DNA of 64,000 nt from Mnemiopsis leidyi (taxonomy: Eukaryota), in contig CM108484.1 in assembly GCA_048537945.1 (NCBI GenBank), positions 4,082,494 through 4,146,493 on the forward strand. The letters run 5' to 3'. The translations under genes and the position numbers were made by a program. Shown here one piece after another: positions 60,901 to 64,000 of this stretch. Position 1 is the first letter of the stretch. Each line of letters begins with the position of its first letter. Under the pieces are notes generated by a model. It did no database searches. It had not been told where the DNA came from and saw only the letters and a list, made by a program, of their open reading frames with translations.

Positions 60901-61970
60901 CAATAGTGATACTGCGATGTTAAAAACAGCTGGGGTAACATAAAAGTGTCAAGTCAATATCCCAAGCTGACAAAATTTGAATGAAAAAAAGCCAAATCAC
61001 TCATTTTACTAGTTAAGTTCCACATGAACCACAATTTTGTACAATTGTTCCCTTGTCCAAACTGTTATCAGGAAAAATATCAATCATTTCTGAATCATTT
61101 CTGAACCCTTTCATGTTTCACTGATATATTTGTTTCACTGATAATTTACGAACCATAAAGTGGATGGTGTACTTAACCCGGCCCGAATATAGTCAGATAA
61201 TAAGAGCTTAGAGCCCCTCAGCCAATTCAAGTTTAACAATTGGTAACCACATTTACTGTCACGTGTCATCGCCCCTCAAATTACAGGAGAGGAGACCTGA
61301 GGGTCGGAGCATAAAGGCGCCTGTTAATGTGTAGGCAGACAGACCTAAGTAAATAAATAAATAATAAATAAATAACAAATAATTGATAATGAGGCCAGCA
61401 TCATCACACCTAAACTCTAAAAATATCGTAAAAACTCTAAGTTAAATAATCATTACATTAAATCTTTAAAAATAGCAAACATCCAAGTTAATAGAAACTA
61501 ATAAATGTTTATAAACTTCGTTTTAGCAACGAAAGGGTTTTCTTTAGGAAAACAGTTATGCTTTATCTTGTTTTCCAAGTAACTTCCACTTTCAATAAGT
61601 TATCAGTCCTTTGATTTTATATGGTGTGTCCTTGTTTGATTGTTTGTAGTTGTACCATTACTGTAAGCTAGGAGACTGGGTGCAGTAATGCCCCAGCCCA
61701 CAAGGTTTGTAACGTCATGGATGCCGACTAAGCTTACTTGATCCACTCCAACATGATTTTGTTCTCTAGTTCATTCGACTTGGTCACATTATCACTTTGA
61801 AATGAAGGTGGACCCTTCGGTGCACGTAAGCAATAAGCAATTAAATGACGATTAAGTAAGACAATAATTAAGTAAGACAATAATTAATTTTATTAGCAGT
61901 GCAATCAAACAATGTCATATCATAAATATATCAACCATGATCACAATTTTGAGTATTAACTTTTAAGGTA

Positions 61971-62888
61971 ATGCATCATGCAGGACTGGGGCCATCGGTT
62001 GCTTTGGAAATAAAGTTGGGGTCTGCAGTAGAGTCTGTGGTTTGTCTGGCTGAAAAATCCATCATGCTGGCTGACATAGAGCTTACAAAAGTTGATGAAG
62101 TAAGATTTCTTGGTGTTACAATTGATAAAGATTTATCTTGGGAACCCCACCTTACAAGGCTTAAAGCCAAGCTGACATCTAGTATTGCTGTTATAAAGCG
62201 GATTATGAAATACATACCTGAATCTGAGTATAAGAAGCTGTATGACTCTTTATTTAAATCACATCTTAGTTATTGTATAAGTAGCTGGGGAGGAGTGACC
62301 CCATATAAATTATCCAAACTCTTCTCTGTACAGAAAAGGTGTGTCCGCTTACTATTTGGCTCTAAGCCAAGTTTTGACCATGCAGAATATTATGAAACTT
62401 GTGCCCGTACCAGAACCTATTCAGAACACGTTGCTACTAAGAATTATGCCCTTGAAAACACTAAACCTATATTCAATAAAGAAAAGATTATGTCCATACA
62501 CAACCTGTATACGCAACATACGTTTATTGAATTATTTAAGATCTTAAAAGAGTGCCAGCCAATATCACTGGCTAGTCTTTTCACCATGAGCACCAGATCA
62601 ACAAGCTACAATATTTGCATCCCTCATTTTAATCTTGAACTTTCTAAAAATAATTTCCTTTGTCGTGCATCTTCGACATGGAACAGTCTGATTGATAAAG
62701 TTTTAGACCCCTGTGCTCCTGGTGAAAATGGCATTGTTATCCCTGGCTCCGGTAAACACTCTGACCTAAGTTCTTCAATATCTGTTATTAAGAGTCGGGT
62801 CAAATCTATATTGTTTCAAACCCAGCAGGAGGAAGAACCTGGGTGTGAACACGAGTGGCTTCCAGCTAACAGATGGGGTGGCATATAA
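61971..62888 (+). pseudogene. C-terminal fragment of a non-LTR retrotransposon reverse transcriptase (ORF2 tail)
   Basis: ..VRFLGVTIDKDLSWEPHLTRLKAKLTSSIAVIKRI...LYDSLFKSHLSYCISSWGG...VQKRCVRLLFG.. matches the conserved post-RT region of jockey/RTE-like elements (YLGVxIDxxLSWxxHI...LYKSLVRPHLEYCxxVW). No RT catalytic core or endonuclease is present. Confidence 0.6.
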
Positions 62889-62939
62889 TGCCACTCTTTA
62901 AGTTTCCATCTTTCTATAGGCTTACATGTAGGTAGTAAT

Positions 62940-63960
62940 ACATCCCTTACAATGATAATTTACCAATATAGAAATCATGCTTAAACACTAAACTAGTGAT
63001 ACCTCATGTTACATTGACCCCCGACCTGACTTTGATGTAAGCATGGTCTATTTATTTTATATATATATTTTTTTTACGATAAGTATTTTTTATTCATATA
63101 TCTTTATAGCTCATAATTGAGCTATGTATGTGTTGAACATAGTAACAATATTCAATGAAATAAAGACTCAAGATTCCTGAAAAAATTATTAAGGTAATGC
63201 TCATGAATCTGTGCGTGCCATACTTGCACTTTTTTGATAACCCTTAGAGCCTTTTGGGCCGCACACAAGCCAGTAGCATGTGCTGTCCTGCAGTGGGGCG
63301 TCTTTGTTATCAAAACTGTTTCTTAGATTCTTTATAGACAAACCACAGACTCTACTGCAGACCCCAACTTTATTTCCAAAGCAACCGATGGCCCCAGTCC
63401 TGCATGATGCATTACCTTAAAAGTAAATACTCAAAATTGTGATCATGGTTGATATATTTATGATATGACATTGTTTGATTGCACTGCTAATAAAATTAAT
63501 TATTGTCTTATTTAATTATTGTCTTATTTATTTATAAAGAATCTAGGAAACAGTTTTGATAACAAAGACGCCCCACTGCAGGACAGCACATGCTACTGGC
63601 TTGTGTGCGGCCCAAAAGGCTCTAAGGGTTATCAAAAAAGTGCAAGTATGGCACGCACAGATTCATGAGCATTACCTTAATAATTTTTTCAGGAATCCTG
63701 AGTCTTTATTTCATTGAATATTGTTACTATGTTCAACACATACATAGCTCAATTATGAGCTATAAAGATAAATGAATAAAAAGTACTTATCGTAAAAAAA
63801 AATAAATAAGTAGACCATGCTTACATCAGAGTCAGGTCGGGGGTCAATGTAACATGGGGTATCACTAGTTTAGTGTTTAAGCATGATTTCAATATTGGTA
63901 AATTATCATTGTAAGGGATGTATTACTATATTGATTTAGGATCAGTTGGTCCGCTTTGTC
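62940..63960. repeat. Interleaved inverted duplications: S2 (62940-63340), then rcS1 (63340-63535, reverse complement of 61850-62055), then rcS2 (63535-63960)
   Basis: The reverse-complement identity of these segments was read directly from the sequence. The RT fragment sits between S1 and S2. Confidence 0.75.
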
Positions 63961-64000
63961 GGCTAAACCTTTGGTCTATCCTATATCATAATCCACATAA

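Overview
This is eukaryotic (metazoan-type) nuclear DNA, not prokaryotic. Genes carry GT-AG introns, there is an RS-rich SAFB-like gene, tRNA-derived SINEs, LINE RT fragments, MITEs and long satellite arrays. All coordinates below were derived by hand and may be off by 1-2 nt. The ORF track uses GTG/TTG as well as ATG as starts, so a leading 'M' is not reliable evidence of a start codon.

Genes I can support:
- Plus strand, window start: the last two exons of a Ras/Rab-family small GTPase (1-132 and 1127-1255).
- Plus strand: a complete 5-exon RAB35 orthologue (7033-8211).
- Minus strand: a multi-exon SAFB/SLTM-like gene (35216-39923) with SAP and RRM domains and a long RS-rich terminal exon.
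- Minus strand, 54.0-60.0 kb: a compact head-to-tail cluster of an intronless RPL36A/RPL44, an intronless 974-aa UBE3B/UBE3C-like HECT ligase, two intact tandem copies of RPL30, and a small two-exon COX7C-like gene.

The rest is dominated by repeats:
- A PIF/Harbinger-like MITE family with G-tract interiors (2 copies).
- A nested foldback complex at 9.7-15.9 kb: a 1.6-kb composite element in three copies, (TA)n joints and a 414-bp GC-rich tandem unit.
- An inverted-repeat island at 16.8-23.6 kb holding a FLYWCH-zinc-finger TIR element, LINE fragments and a GTGCCCCACAAC-type minisatellite.
- About 5 kb of CTCGCT/CTAACC-type satellite at 24.2-29.1 kb.
- A 305-bp satellite arranged as a palindrome, directly upstream of the SAFB-like gene.
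- Three tandem segmental duplications of the SAFB-like 5' end (42.6-53.9 kb). Each keeps an intact SAP-domain first-exon copy with its splice donor, and carries SINE, LINE and Tc1-like MITE insertions.
- A LINE RT C-terminal fragment embedded in interleaved inverted duplications at 61.8-64.0 kb.

I found no prokaryotic-style defence system or CRISPR array. The most interesting candidates are the alternative-first-exon-like SAP exon array, the intronless UBE3B/RPL36A pair, the FLYWCH TIR element, and the foldback and palindromic repeat architectures.
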